The notes below the pieces were generated by a model. The model was not told the origin of the DNA. It saw nothing but the letters and a program-made list of their open reading frames with translations, and searched no databases. Shown in pieces: positions 18,602 through 28,420 of a DNA stretch of 64,000 bases. The translations under genes and the position numbers were made by a program. Each line of letters begins with the position of its first letter. The first letter of the stretch is position 1. Origin of the DNA: Treponemataceae bacterium (GTDB lineage Bacteria > Spirochaetota > Spirochaetia > Treponematales > Rectinemataceae). Where the stretch lies: assembly GCA_963667725.2 (NCBI GenBank), contig CAXXHO010000003.1:2240001-2304000 (forward strand). The letters run 5' to 3'.

Positions 18602-19888
18602 TTACTGCGCCGAGGCTATGTGCCCCGCGACGGCGGTGGCCGCGGCCGTGGCCGGGCTCATAAGATGAATCATGCCGCCCTTGCCCATCCGCCCGTTGAA
18701 ATTACGGTTCGTGGTCGAGGCGCAGACTTCTCCCGATGCCAAGACGCCGTTGGACATGCCGAGACAGGCGCCGCAGGTCGGATTCGTCACGCAGAACCCC
18801 GCCTCCAGAAAGATTTCGATGATGCCTTCCTTCAAGGCCTGCGCGTACACGGCCGGGGTCGCGGGAGAGACGATCCCCCTGACTTCGCGCGCGATCTTCC
18901 GGCCTTTGAGCACTTTAGCCGCCGCGCGGAGATCCTCGATCCTGCCGTTCGTGCAGGATCCGATATAGACCTGGTCCACCTTCACCGCCGACATATTTCT
19001 GGCCAGGGCCACCTGATCGGGCTTGAAGCCTGTCGTGACGAGGGGCTCGATGTAGGAGCAGTCTATATCCATGATGGAAGCGTAAACCGCGTCCTCGTCG
19101 CTGCGCCATTGGGCGTAGTCGGCGAGCGCTTCCTGTTCAGTATCGTAGAGTTTTTCGCCCTCGGGGCCGATGAAAGGCCAGAGGTACGCCACCGTTTTCG
19201 CGTCGGGCATGCAGACGCCGCTCGTGCCGCCGGCTTCGACGGCCATGTTGCAGAGCGTCATGCGGCCTTCCATGGACATTGCGTCGACGATGGGTCCGCG
19301 GAATTCGATCACCCTATCGGTGGCGCCGGCCACGCCCAGCCGGGAGATCGCGTAGAGGATGACGTCCTTGGCGCAGACGCCGAGCTTCAGCGTTCCGTTC
19401 AGGTTCAGCCTGAGGGTTTCGGGTTTCCTGAAGGCGCAGACGCCTCGCAGAACGGCGATTTCGAGGTCAGTGGTCCCGACGCCCGCTGCGAAAGCCCCGA
19501 AGGCGCCATGCGTGCAAGTGTGGCTGTCGCCCATGACGAGGGCGTAGCCCGGCCTCACGTAGCCCTTTTCGGGGAAAAGCGCGTGACAGACGCCGTTTCT
19601 CCCGATGTCGAAAAAGTCCGCAACCCCATGTCTGCGCGCCCAGGAGCGGAGCGTCTTGCCCTGCTCGGCGGTCTTGGAATCCTTGGCGGGCGAGACATGA
19701 TCGATGACAACCTTGATCCGGTTGGCGTCGTACACCCTGTCCATGCCCTTTTTAACCAGATCGTCGATGGCGATCGGCGTCGTGATCTCATGGCAGAAAA
19801 CCGTGTCCAGCCTGAGCACCCAGGTATCGGCGAAGGGCATATCGACGAGGTGAGTCTCGAAGATCTTCTCGGAGAGCGTCTTTCCCAT
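18602..19888 (-). CDS. leuC: 3-isopropylmalate dehydratase large subunit
   Basis: DSHTCTHGA, IGSCTNGR, CGACLG, STTNRNF. Confidence 0.9.
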   Translation of the reverse strand: MGKTLSEKIFETHLVDMPFADTWVLRLDTVFCHEITTPIAIDDLVKKGMDRVYDANRIKVVIDHVSPAKDSKTAEQGKTLRSWARRHGVADFFDIGRNGVCHALFPEKGYVRPGYALVMGDSHTCTHGAFGAFAAGVGTTDLEIAVLRGVCAFRKPETLRLNLNGTLKLGVCAKDVILYAISRLGVAGATDRVIEFRGPIVDAMSMEGRMTLCNMAVEAGGTSGVCMPDAKTVAYLWPFIGPEGEKLYDTEQEALADYAQWRSDEDAVYASIMDIDCSYIEPLVTTGFKPDQVALARNMSAVKVDQVYIGSCTNGRIEDLRAAAKVLKGRKIAREVRGIVSPATPAVYAQALKEGIIEIFLEAGFCVTNPTCGACLGMSNGVLASGEVCASTTNRNFNGRMGKGGMIHLMSPATAAATAVAGHIASAQ

Positions 19889-19890
19889 AA

Positions 19891-20469
19891 TCAGCTCCTC
19901 TTGGATATTTCGTTCTTGGGCGGGGTTATAACCCAGAAAACGCGAAGCGGCTTCTGGCTCGTGTTGCGGAGAATGTGGGGAAAATCGGAGGCAAAACCCG
20001 CTGAATCGCCCTTCTCGAGGCTGTAGGTTTCTTTTCCGATGACGAGTTCGGCGCGGCCTTCCACGACGAGGCCGAGCTCCGAGCCCTTATGGCCGTATTC
20101 GTCGCTGCCGGTCTGCGCGCCCGGTTCCAGGCTGATCTCGTAGGCTTCTATGCCGTCGATGCCCGGCATTATGCCATCGAGCTGGGCCAGCCGCTCATAG
20201 AGGATGCCCGGCTTGGCGAGGGTCGATCGGTCGGCCGCTTTGACGATCTGCACCGATCTTTCGCGCCTATAGTCGGAGAAGAGGTATTCGAGGTCGATAT
20301 CCAGGGCGTCGGCGAGGGCCAACAGGGTGTCTATGGCGGGGGAAACTCGATTGCGTTCGATCTGTGAGACCATGCTTTCGCTGATCCCGGCCTTTTCCGC
20401 CACTTCCTTGAGCGTGAGACCGCGCCGGTCCCGCACGTTTCGGATTTTTTCGCCGAATTTATACTTCAT
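19891..20469 (-). CDS. XRE-family HTH plus cupin transcriptional regulator
   Basis: LTLKEVAEKAGISESMVSQIER HTH; cupin HKGSE...PH. Confidence 0.92.
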   Translation of the reverse strand: MKYKFGEKIRNVRDRRGLTLKEVAEKAGISESMVSQIERNRVSPAIDTLLALADALDIDLEYLFSDYRRERSVQIVKAADRSTLAKPGILYERLAQLDGIMPGIDGIEAYEISLEPGAQTGSDEYGHKGSELGLVVEGRAELVIGKETYSLEKGDSAGFASDFPHILRNTSQKPLRVFWVITPPKNEISKRS

Positions 20470-20486
20470 GGCCACCTTCTTAAGTA

Positions 20487-20531
20487 TAACTTAAGTTACT
20501 GAACTATATATTCAGCCAAGAAGGTTGTCAA
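20487..20531 (-). promoter_or_regulatory. sigma70 promoter with palindromic operator for xre-leuCD
   Basis: TTGACA-17 bp-TATAGT (20531-20503); perfect palindrome TAACTTAAGTTA at 20487-20498. Confidence 0.7.
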
Positions 20532-20596
20532 TGTCAACACGGCGGATGCGCGTAGCTGGGCGCGGCTACCGGGGGAGCGGCGCCGCCGCCCGGGCC

Positions 20597-21130
20597 TCAG
20601 CGCTCTATCCCGTCTCTCGCCTCGACGCCCGCGGCGTAGTAGTGGCGGACCTCCTTCATTTCGGTGACGAGGTCGGCGCGAGAGAGGAGGTACTCGGGAG
20701 CATAGCGGCCGGTCAGCACCAGCTCGACGTTCTCGGGGCGGGCTTCGAGAAGCGAGGCGAAATCCTCATCGGTGACGAAGCCGAAACGCGAAGCCACGTT
20801 GATCTCGTCCAGGATGACGAGGTCGAATTTTCCGGAACGCATCGCCGCCGTGGCTTTTTCGAGTCCTTCGCGGGCAGCCGCCAGGTCCTCAGGCTGGGGT
20901 TCGCGGAAGATGAAACAGCCCCGCCCGTACTGTTCGACGACGAGCCTTCCCGCGCCCATAAGCGCGGAGAGCTTTTCGAGCGTGAGGATTTCCGAGTATT
21001 TCATTCCCTTGATGAACTGGCCGATGTAGACGGAGAGCCCGGCGCCGAGGGCGCGCATGCAGAGCCCAAGGGCGGCTGTCGTCTTGCCTTTGCCGTTTCC
21101 CGTGTATACCTGGACATAGCCGCGCTTCAT
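20597..21130 (-). CDS. cobO: ATP:corrinoid adenosyltransferase (CobO/BtuR)
   Basis: YTGNGKGKTTAALG, QFIKG, ILDEIN, VLTGR. Confidence 0.95.
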   Translation of the reverse strand: MKRGYVQVYTGNGKGKTTAALGLCMRALGAGLSVYIGQFIKGMKYSEILTLEKLSALMGAGRLVVEQYGRGCFIFREPQPEDLAAAREGLEKATAAMRSGKFDLVILDEINVASRFGFVTDEDFASLLEARPENVELVLTGRYAPEYLLSRADLVTEMKEVRHYYAAGVEARDGIER

Positions 21131-21999
21131 CTGCCTTCTCCTTGGGAGCCCGCGTCACGGGGCATGGGGGGCCGCGGCGCGTGCAGCCACGGCGGATCGA
21201 GGATGATATGGGGCACCGCGACGGTGGGGTGGTTTTTCACGATCACCCTGGCGCCGTAGGCTTTTTCGATGATTTCGGGCGTCAGGACGAGTTCGGGGCT
21301 GCCGAGGGCCGCCACCCTTCCCTCCACTAGAAGAAGTATTTCATCGGCGGCCATGGCCGCCTGGTTGAGGTCGTGGACTGAAAAAGCCACCGCTTTTCCG
21401 GAACGGGCCAGATCCCGCATGATATCCAAAGTTTCCATCTGATGGGCCATGTCGAGGTCGGCCGTGGGTTCGTCCAAGAGGAGGACGTCGGGATCCTGCA
21501 CAAGAGCCCTGGCGATCACAACCCTCCTGAATTCCCCGCCCGACAGCTCGGTCACGAGGCGGGAGCCGAGATCGCCGATGCCCAGGCGCTCCAGGCTTCG
21601 CCGCACCATAGCCTTCCTTCCGCCCGAATCGCGCCCGAACCAGCCTTCCCTGGCGAAGAGTCCCGCTTCGACGTAGGAATCCACGGGAACGGCCCAAGCC
21701 GGCTGTTCGTTCTGCAGGACCCGCGCCACATGGAGCGCCCTTCTGCGCGACGACAATCGGTGGATTTCGACGCGGGTAGCCAAATGCTTTCCTTCCATGA
21801 AAAGCCTTACTTTTCCGATGGAAACCGGCAACTCGCCCGAAAGGGCCTTGAAGAGAGTGGTCTTGCCGGCGCCGTTCGGGCCGATGACGGCGAGGATCTT
21901 CCCCCGGTCAAGGTGGATGGAGATATCGTGGAGGATGAAGGATTTGGGCCGATAGCCGACGGTCAGTCCTTCGGCGGTGAGGATGGGGGTCTCTATCAT
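21127..21999 (-). CDS. btuD: corrinoid ABC transporter ATPase
   Basis: GPNGAGKT, LSGGE, LLDEPT; cob operon context. Confidence 0.8.
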   Translation of the reverse strand: MIETPILTAEGLTVGYRPKSFILHDISIHLDRGKILAVIGPNGAGKTTLFKALSGELPVSIGKVRLFMEGKHLATRVEIHRLSSRRRALHVARVLQNEQPAWAVPVDSYVEAGLFAREGWFGRDSGGRKAMVRRSLERLGIGDLGSRLVTELSGGEFRRVVIARALVQDPDVLLLDEPTADLDMAHQMETLDIMRDLARSGKAVAFSVHDLNQAAMAADEILLLVEGRVAALGSPELVLTPEIIEKAYGARVIVKNHPTVAVPHIILDPPWLHAPRPPMPRDAGSQGEGR

Positions 22000-23018
22000 A
22001 GGGCCTTGCCCTCCCGCGAGGTGGCGAGGAGCTTGAGAAAAAGCGGGGCTCCCAGCAAGGCCGTGACGACGCCGACGGGCAGTTCCAGGGGGGCCATCAC
22101 CGAACGCGCCACGGCATCGGCCAGCATGAGGAGAATGGCCCCCGTGGCGGCCGAGACAGGGATGAGCCTTTTATGGAGCGAACCGACGAGAAGCCTCGCG
22201 AAATGCGGGCCTAGGAGGCCAACGAAGCCGATGACGCCGCCGGCCGCCACGGCCGACGCCGCGCCCAGGGAGGCGACCGCTACGGCGAGGGCGCGCAGGA
22301 GGCCCACGTTGAGGCCCAGGATTCCGGCGGCTTCTTCCCCCGCGCCGAGGATGTCGAGCGGGCGGGCGAGAATCAGGGCCGCCACGATCGCGACGAGCGC
22401 GGCCGGGAAGGCTGTGCCGAGTTCGGACCAGCCTTTGCCGCCGAAGCCTCCGAGCATCCAGAAAAACACGGCGTGGAGGTCTTTGTCGTTGATAGACACG
22501 ATGAGGGAGACAATGGCCGAGAGGAAGGACCCCACCGCCGTTCCCGCCAGGAGGAGGGCGGCGGTCGGGGCGGTCCGCCGGTTGACGGTAGCGACGGCGT
22601 AGACGATGACGGCCGAGACGACGGCGCCCGCGAAGGCGGCCGCCTCGGTGGCGCCGGGAAAATCGAGGCCGATCTTCGCGCCGAGGGCTATGGCGGCCAC
22701 GGCCCCGAGGGATGCGCCCGAGGAGACGCCGAGGGAGTAGGGGTCGGCGAGAGGATTCCTGAACAGGCCCTGGAGGACAGCGCCAGAGACGCCTAAAGCC
22801 GCCCCAGCCACGCCGGCGAGAAGGGTCCGCGCGAGGCGCAGCTGCCAGACAATGACGAGGGTCACTTCGTCCACGTTCGAAACGATCCCGAATAGCTTTG
22901 TGCCGAGTACGGCGAAAATCTGCCCCGGCGTGAGGGCCACCGAGCCGAGGCAGAGGCTGCCCACGAGGGCGATAAGGGCGCCCGCGGACAAAGCTATCGC
23001 GAGAAGGACTTTCTTCAT
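21996..23018 (-). CDS. btuC: corrinoid ABC transporter permease (FecCD family)
   Basis: QGLFRNPLADPYSLGVSSGA, IGFVGL, ELPVG. Confidence 0.82.
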   Translation of the reverse strand: MKKVLLAIALSAGALIALVGSLCLGSVALTPGQIFAVLGTKLFGIVSNVDEVTLVIVWQLRLARTLLAGVAGAALGVSGAVLQGLFRNPLADPYSLGVSSGASLGAVAAIALGAKIGLDFPGATEAAAFAGAVVSAVIVYAVATVNRRTAPTAALLLAGTAVGSFLSAIVSLIVSINDKDLHAVFFWMLGGFGGKGWSELGTAFPAALVAIVAALILARPLDILGAGEEAAGILGLNVGLLRALAVAVASLGAASAVAAGGVIGFVGLLGPHFARLLVGSLHKRLIPVSAATGAILLMLADAVARSVMAPLELPVGVVTALLGAPLFLKLLATSREGKAL

Positions 23019-23914
23019 GGGAAATATCTCGGATAGAGAGCCTTGGCGGCGAGAAGGACGCCATCGGCTATGCGCGGGCCTGGGCCCGACACGAGATAGG
23101 TCGGCAGGAGGAGGACCTTTCCGGAAACCACGGCCGGAATGAGATTCCAGCCCGGCCTGGCCGATACGGCTTTCAGCGTCAGCTTGTCGCCGTGATCGTC
23201 GGCGCCCATGATCGCCTGCGGGGCGCGCTTGATCACTTCCTCGGAACTGACCCTGGGCCAGGAGCCTTTCAGGTCGGAGAAAATGTCCTTGCCGCCTGCC
23301 GCCTCCACGATGGCATGCTGGAAAGTATCAGAACCGCAGGTCATGAGGGGCTCGTCGTAGACTTCCCAGAAAACGCTCAGGCGCTGGCCGGCGGGAATCG
23401 TAGCGACCGTTTTGCGCACTTTCTCGATCTTATCCAGCATCGTGGAAGCGACGAGGGCGGCCTTTTCCTGCCCGCCCGTCAGTTTCCCGATCGCGAGGAT
23501 TCCGGCCGCTATCTCGTCAAAGCCGCCCGGCGAATACGCGAAGCTCGGGATGCCGTAGCGAGCCAGCTCGTCCGTCACCGAGGCGTGGATCGAGCCCGTG
23601 CTGACGACAAGGTCGGGCTTCAGCGAAAGAATTTTCTCTATGGACATGGATTTCGCCGAAAATCCCCCGATCTTGGCGACATTCTGCGCCTCGGGCGGAT
23701 AGATGCAGTAGGTCGTATCGCCTACGACATTGGCGCCCACCGCGAAAAGCACTTCCGTGGACGCCGGCGCGAGAGATACCACGCGCTGGGCCGGCTTGGC
23801 CAATACGATAGTCTTTCCCAGAAAATCGACGGCCTGGACCTGGGTATTCCCCTGACCGAAGGCGATCGTTGCGGCGCAGCAGAGCGCCGCGGCAATCAAT
23901 GGCAGCTTTTTCAT
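23015..23914 (-). CDS. btuF: corrinoid-binding protein
   Basis: RVVSLAPASTE, EKILSLKPDLV, PGPRI. Confidence 0.82.
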   Translation of the reverse strand: MKKLPLIAAALCCAATIAFGQGNTQVQAVDFLGKTIVLAKPAQRVVSLAPASTEVLFAVGANVVGDTTYCIYPPEAQNVAKIGGFSAKSMSIEKILSLKPDLVVSTGSIHASVTDELARYGIPSFAYSPGGFDEIAAGILAIGKLTGGQEKAALVASTMLDKIEKVRKTVATIPAGQRLSVFWEVYDEPLMTCGSDTFQHAIVEAAGGKDIFSDLKGSWPRVSSEEVIKRAPQAIMGADDHGDKLTLKAVSARPGWNLIPAVVSGKVLLLPTYLVSGPGPRIADGVLLAAKALYPRYFP

Positions 23915-24969
23915 TCTTTTTCGCTCACTCCGGCCGACTCGAAGGTGGCCATTTCGTTCAGGATCTTGCAGGCGCCCGAGCAGATCAACATGGCGAGGGC
24001 GGCACCCGTCCCCTCCCCGAGTCTCATCCCCAGCCTGAGGAGGGGCTTGAGTCCAAGAAAATCGAGCATGAGGCTGTGCCCGGAATCGCCCGAGACGTGC
24101 GTCCCGATCATGTACCTGGCTGATAATGGCGAAATCGCCTGGGCCAGGAGGGCCGCCGCTCCGGAAATATAGCCGTCAATGAGAACGGGAACCTGGTGGG
24201 CCGCGGAGGCGAGAATCACGCCGGCGAGGGCGCCGATCTCGTAGCCGCCCACCTTGGAGAGTACGCCGATGGGATCGGCGCCCTCGGGTTTATGTAGCGC
24301 CAGCGCCTTTTCGATGATGCCGATCTTGCGCTCGAGCGCCGCGTCGTCGATGCCCGTTCCCCTACCGACAAGCTCGCGAACCGCATGTCCGGTGAACACT
24401 GAAGCCATCGCCGTCGACGCTGTCGTGTTGCCGATTCCCATGTCGCCCGTGGCGGAAATGCCGAAGGGCTTGGCCTTCAACTCGGCTTCGAATACCTCGA
24501 TGCCGACATCGAGACTCCGGACGGCTTCCTCGCGGCTCATCGCGTTTTCGGCCGCCAGGTTCTTAGTCCCTTTCGCGATCTTTTTATGGTAGATGGGGAT
24601 GCTTTTGTCGAAATCGTAGGCCACCCCCACATCGGTGACGACGACGCGTGCCCCCGCGTGCCTGCCGAGCACATTGATCGCGGCGCCGCCCGCCACGAAG
24701 TTGAGGACCATTTCGGGTGTCACGTCCGAGGGGTAGGCGCTCACGCCTTCCCTGCAGACTCCATGGTCGCCGGCCATGACGAAGATGGCTCCCGGATCCA
24801 CGACGGGATCGGCCCTGCGTTGGATGCCCGCGATGCGGATCGAAAGTTCCTCGAGATCGCCCAGGCTTCCCGCGGGCTTGGTCAGCGCGGCCTGCCTTGT
24901 CCTCGCGGCTTCTTCGGCTTTTCTGTCCGTTTCGATGATGTTGTCGAGTGTCGCCTCGAGCTTTGTCAT
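23911..24969 (-). CDS. cobT: nicotinate-nucleotide:DMB phosphoribosyltransferase
   Basis: LTKPAGSLG, AGDHGV, GDMGIGNTT, RLGEGTGA. Confidence 0.96.
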   Translation of the reverse strand: MTKLEATLDNIIETDRKAEEAARTRQAALTKPAGSLGDLEELSIRIAGIQRRADPVVDPGAIFVMAGDHGVCREGVSAYPSDVTPEMVLNFVAGGAAINVLGRHAGARVVVTDVGVAYDFDKSIPIYHKKIAKGTKNLAAENAMSREEAVRSLDVGIEVFEAELKAKPFGISATGDMGIGNTTASTAMASVFTGHAVRELVGRGTGIDDAALERKIGIIEKALALHKPEGADPIGVLSKVGGYEIGALAGVILASAAHQVPVLIDGYISGAAALLAQAISPLSARYMIGTHVSGDSGHSLMLDFLGLKPLLRLGMRLGEGTGAALAMLICSGACKILNEMATFESAGVSEKE

Positions 24970-26555
24970 ATGCGTACTCCTTGCCCAACCGGCTGAATGC
25001 CGCTTATTCCGATTATTTCGCGAAGCTTGTCCATGTCGAGCGAGGCTTCCACCGCGTCGGCCAAAGCCTCTATGGAAGCGTCGAGTTCGGCCTTCCTGCT
25101 CTCCCGCCTGGCGGCCGCGCCGAAGCTGGCGAGCCAGGCTTTCCTGAACTCGTCGGAACTGAAAATGTCGTGCAGATAGGTTCCCCAGACCGCCCCATCC
25201 GGCGACCAGGCGCCGTCGGCGGTCGCTGACGCTCCCGAGCGCTCGCGGCCATCCGGTTCGAGCAGGGCGAAGGCCGGACCATCCACCTTCGTCTCGCCGC
25301 TGTGTATTTCGTAGCCTTCGAGTTCGATGCCCGCGAGGGTAGCGAGCCGCCCGCCAAGCGCGGCGGCCATATGCCCGCGCCGAGGCGAGACTTTCTTCTC
25401 AGCCCCGAAGACGGTGGAAGCGCGCAGAAGCCCCAGGCCTTTGGCCGAACCGCTCTGCCCCTCAACGAGCTCGGGGTCCTCGATAGACTCGCCCAGCATC
25501 TGGAAGCCGCCGCAAATCCCCACGACGGAGCTCCCCGTCCTCGCGAGCCAGCGTATCCCGTCGTCGAATCCCCGGCTCTTAAGCCAGGAAAGGTCGGCCA
25601 TGGTCGATTTCGTGCCCGGCAGGATGATGACGTCAGGCCGGTCCAGGTCGCCCGCGTCCTCCACGAAACGGAGCGTCACGGAAGGCTCCGAGGCGAGGGC
25701 GTCGAAATCGTCGAAATTGGCGATATGGGGAAGCTTAATCACGGCTATATCGAGCAATGCCTCGGCTCCGGTATCGTAGCCGCAGGCGCCGGCCGCTCCG
25801 CCGGCCGCCCCGTCGTCCGCCCCCCGCACCCGGATGCACGCGCCATCCTCGTCGGGAAGCGCCAGGCCCCTGAGCATGGGCACTACCCCGAGCACGGGCA
25901 ACCCCGTCAGCTTCTCGAGCATGCCGAGACCCGGCTCCAGAAGGCTGAGGTCGCCCCTGAACTTATTTATGACGATACCGCGGATAAGAGCCCTGTCCTC
26001 ATCGGGAAGGAGGGCCAGCGTCCCCACCACCTGGGCGAAAACCCCGCCCGGATCGATGTCCGCCACCAGGATCACCGGCGAGCCCAGATGGCGCGCGATG
26101 GCCATGTTGACGATGTCTGAGGAAGCCAGGTTGATCTCGGCGGGACTCCCCGCCCCCTCGATGACGAGAAGATCGGCCTCGGCGCTTAAGGTCGCGCAGG
26201 CGCTCACGACGGATTTCCAGAGCAATGCCTTCCTTTCGTAGTAATGGACGGCGCCAAGCGTCTCATAGGGCTTTCCCATCAGGATTACCTGAGATCTCGA
26301 GTCGCTTTCGGGCTTGAGGAGGACGGGATTCATCTCCACCCGTGGCTCCACGCGCGCGGCCAGAGCCTGGAGATACTGCGCCCTGCCTATTTCCGAACCG
26401 TCGGGAAGGGCGGCCGCGTTGTTGGACATGTTCTGCGCCTTGAAGGGCATGACGAGGAGACCCGAGCGCGCGAAAATGCGGCAGAGGGCCGCGGCAATGA
26501 GACTTTTGCCGACGGATGAAGCGGTGCCCTGCACCATTATGGCTTTAGCGGCCAC
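24966..26555 (-). CDS. cobQ: cobyric acid synthase
   Basis: QGTASSVGKS, FKAQNM, EGAGSPAEIN, GICGGFQMLG, GYEIH. Start uncertain (GTG 26555 or TTG 26603). Confidence 0.95.
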   Translation of the reverse strand: MAAKAIMVQGTASSVGKSLIAAALCRIFARSGLLVMPFKAQNMSNNAAALPDGSEIGRAQYLQALAARVEPRVEMNPVLLKPESDSRSQVILMGKPYETLGAVHYYERKALLWKSVVSACATLSAEADLLVIEGAGSPAEINLASSDIVNMAIARHLGSPVILVADIDPGGVFAQVVGTLALLPDEDRALIRGIVINKFRGDLSLLEPGLGMLEKLTGLPVLGVVPMLRGLALPDEDGACIRVRGADDGAAGGAAGACGYDTGAEALLDIAVIKLPHIANFDDFDALASEPSVTLRFVEDAGDLDRPDVIILPGTKSTMADLSWLKSRGFDDGIRWLARTGSSVVGICGGFQMLGESIEDPELVEGQSGSAKGLGLLRASTVFGAEKKVSPRRGHMAAALGGRLATLAGIELEGYEIHSGETKVDGPAFALLEPDGRERSGASATADGAWSPDGAVWGTYLHDIFSSDEFRKAWLASFGAAARRESRKAELDASIEALADAVEASLDMDKLREIIGISGIQPVGQGVRI

Positions 26556-26654
26556 AATAAAACGAGGACACTGGATCTTTGGGGGGAATGAGGGAAATGG
26601 CAACCTTCATTATTCAACACCCAGTGAATAATCGCGATATCCGCGCGCACGACG

Positions 26655-26815
26655 CAGCTGTGCGGTCGGTCTCCTGACTCGGAAGCATCCCTCGCTCGGT
26701 TCCCGGCCTTCCCACTTTCGCAGTGGCCGTGAACAGGGTTTTACGTTTCCTTACAGTGCCTGGGGGCGTGCCGGTCTTTCACCGACTTCCCGATTAAGCC
26801 ATATGGCGCCGCAAC
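26655..26815 (-). ncRNA. cobalamin riboswitch
   Basis: The minus strand reads TTAATCGGGAAGTCGGTGAAAGACCGGCACGCCCCCAGGCACTGT...GCCACTG...TGGGAAGG...GAGTCAGGAGACC (B12 box), directly upstream of cobQ. Confidence 0.93.
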
Positions 26816-26821
26816 GCCTAA

Positions 26822-26850
26822 ACTATAAGCATGCCCGCCGGGACTGTCAA
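26822..26850 (-). promoter_or_regulatory. sigma70 promoter of the riboswitch/cob operon
   Basis: TTGACA-17 bp-TATAGT on the minus strand. Confidence 0.75.
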
Positions 26851-26964
26851 CCTGTCGGCAGCGCCCAGCGGCGCCGCGCGTCGGAGCCCTCCGGCGGGCC
26901 AGGCCGCCGCCACCCTGTCGCCGCCCGCCCGAATCAGGTAGTATCGACGCTGAAGGAGGCGCCT

Positions 26965-27312
26965 ATGATACAGATTTTCGGCACGAAAAAATGCAAGGAC
27001 ACCCAGAAGGCGCTTCGCTTTTTCAAGGAGCGGGGCGTCGAGATCCAGTTCCGCGATATCACGGAAAAAGCCCCGAGCCCCGGAGAGCTGGACGACGTGG
27101 CGAGAGCCGTCGGCGGCTATTCCGCCCTCGTCGACCTGAAAGGCCACGAGGCCACGGCCCACGGCCTCGCCTTCATGGATTACGACGCGCGGGAAGAGCT
27201 GCTCCAGGATCCCCTTCTGCTTCGCACACCTGTCGTAAGGGCGGGAAAGGGCAAGGCGGCCGTCGGCCTCGACGAAGCCGCGTGGAAGCTTTTCGCGCGG
27301 GGCCTCGATTGA
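26965..27312 (+). CDS. ArsC/Spx-like thioredoxin-fold protein
   Basis: MIQIFGTKKCKDTQKALRFFKER...LLRTPVVR; AAGGAGG RBS. Confidence 0.88.
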   Translation: MIQIFGTKKCKDTQKALRFFKERGVEIQFRDITEKAPSPGELDDVARAVGGYSALVDLKGHEATAHGLAFMDYDAREELLQDPLLLRTPVVRAGKGKAAVGLDEAAWKLFARGLD

Positions 27313-27369
27313 CCCCTCCATGGCGCGCCGTATATCATCAATTAGACAAGCCGCACGAAGGAGCTGAAA

Positions 27370-28167
27370 ATGAACGAATCGAAGAGCGCTGAACTCGCCA
27401 CGATCAGGGCGAAAAACGCCTTCATCATCGACATGGACGGCGTCATCTACCACGGTAACAAGCTCCTGGCCGGCGCCGCCGAATTCGTGGCATGGCTCAA
27501 GACGAAAGACAAGAAATTCCTCTTTCTGACGAACTCGAGCGAGCGCTCGCCCGCCGAGCTGTCGCAGAAGCTGGCCCGGCTCGGCATCGAGGTGGACGCG
27601 AGCCACTTCTACACGAGCGCCCTCGCTACGGCGGCATTTCTCGCGAGCCAGCGGCCCCACGGCTCGGCCTACGCCATCGGCGAGCCCGGCCTCATCAACG
27701 CCCTGTATGAAGCCGGCTATACGATGAACAACGTCAATCCCGACTACGTCGTGGTGGGCGAGGCGAGATCCTACAATCTCGATACCATAGAGAAGGCCGT
27801 CTCCCTAGTTTTCGGGGGAGCGCGCCTCATCGGGACGAACCCCGACCTCACGGGACCCACGGAAAAGGGCATCATGCCGGCCTGCGGCTCCCTCCTCGCC
27901 CCCATCGAGCTCGCCACCGGACGAAAAGCCTACTTCGTGGGCAAGCCCAACCCCCTCATGATGCGCCACGCCATCCGAAAGCTGGGCGTCACCCGCGAGG
28001 AGACAGCCATCGTCGGCGACAGGATGGACACCGACATCATCGCCGGCATCGAATCCGACATGGAAACGGTCCTCGTCCTTTCCGGCGTGACGGCCGTCGA
28101 GCACCTCGACAAGTTCGCCTATGGACCCCGCCACATACTCCAGGGAGTCTTCGAAATCCCCGACTGA
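27370..28167 (+). CDS. nagD: HAD-IIA phosphatase (NagD-like)
   Basis: DMDGV, LTN, GKP and GDRMDTDI motifs. Confidence 0.88.
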   Translation: MNESKSAELATIRAKNAFIIDMDGVIYHGNKLLAGAAEFVAWLKTKDKKFLFLTNSSERSPAELSQKLARLGIEVDASHFYTSALATAAFLASQRPHGSAYAIGEPGLINALYEAGYTMNNVNPDYVVVGEARSYNLDTIEKAVSLVFGGARLIGTNPDLTGPTEKGIMPACGSLLAPIELATGRKAYFVGKPNPLMMRHAIRKLGVTREETAIVGDRMDTDIIAGIESDMETVLVLSGVTAVEHLDKFAYGPRHILQGVFEIPD

Positions 28168-28366
28168 GCGCGAAGTGTTTCCGCGCCCCCGCCTCAGGCT
28201 CTTCTGGCACGCCCCGTCAAGTATTCCGCCCCCTCACCTAATGAGCGTCGAACCTCCCCACCTTGTCTTATACAAAAGAGCACCAATTTTTCGCAATATT
28301 TTTCAATTTTGCCCTTGCGTTATGAAAACAGACGAAATATGATGTTAAGAAACGAACAGAAAGAAA

Positions 28367-28387
28367 TTTGAAATATTTGATTTCAAA
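28367..28387. promoter_or_regulatory. inverted-repeat operator, candidate RpiR autoregulatory site
   Basis: TTTGAAAT-atttg-ATTTCAAA upstream of rpiR. Confidence 0.55.
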
Positions 28388-28420
28388 CATTTTAATCGCA
28401 CTGGTTTTTATGGAGCTACG

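Noticed and set aside
26545..26610. 21-codon minus-strand uORF (MKVAISLIPPKDPVSSFYCGR) between the riboswitch and cobQ
   Set aside because: No independent support; likely a chance ORF in the expression platform.
27370..28167. NagD-like phosphatase as a substitute for the missing CobC
   Set aside because: Divergent from the cob operon and a typical housekeeping HAD-IIA; proximity is the only evidence.
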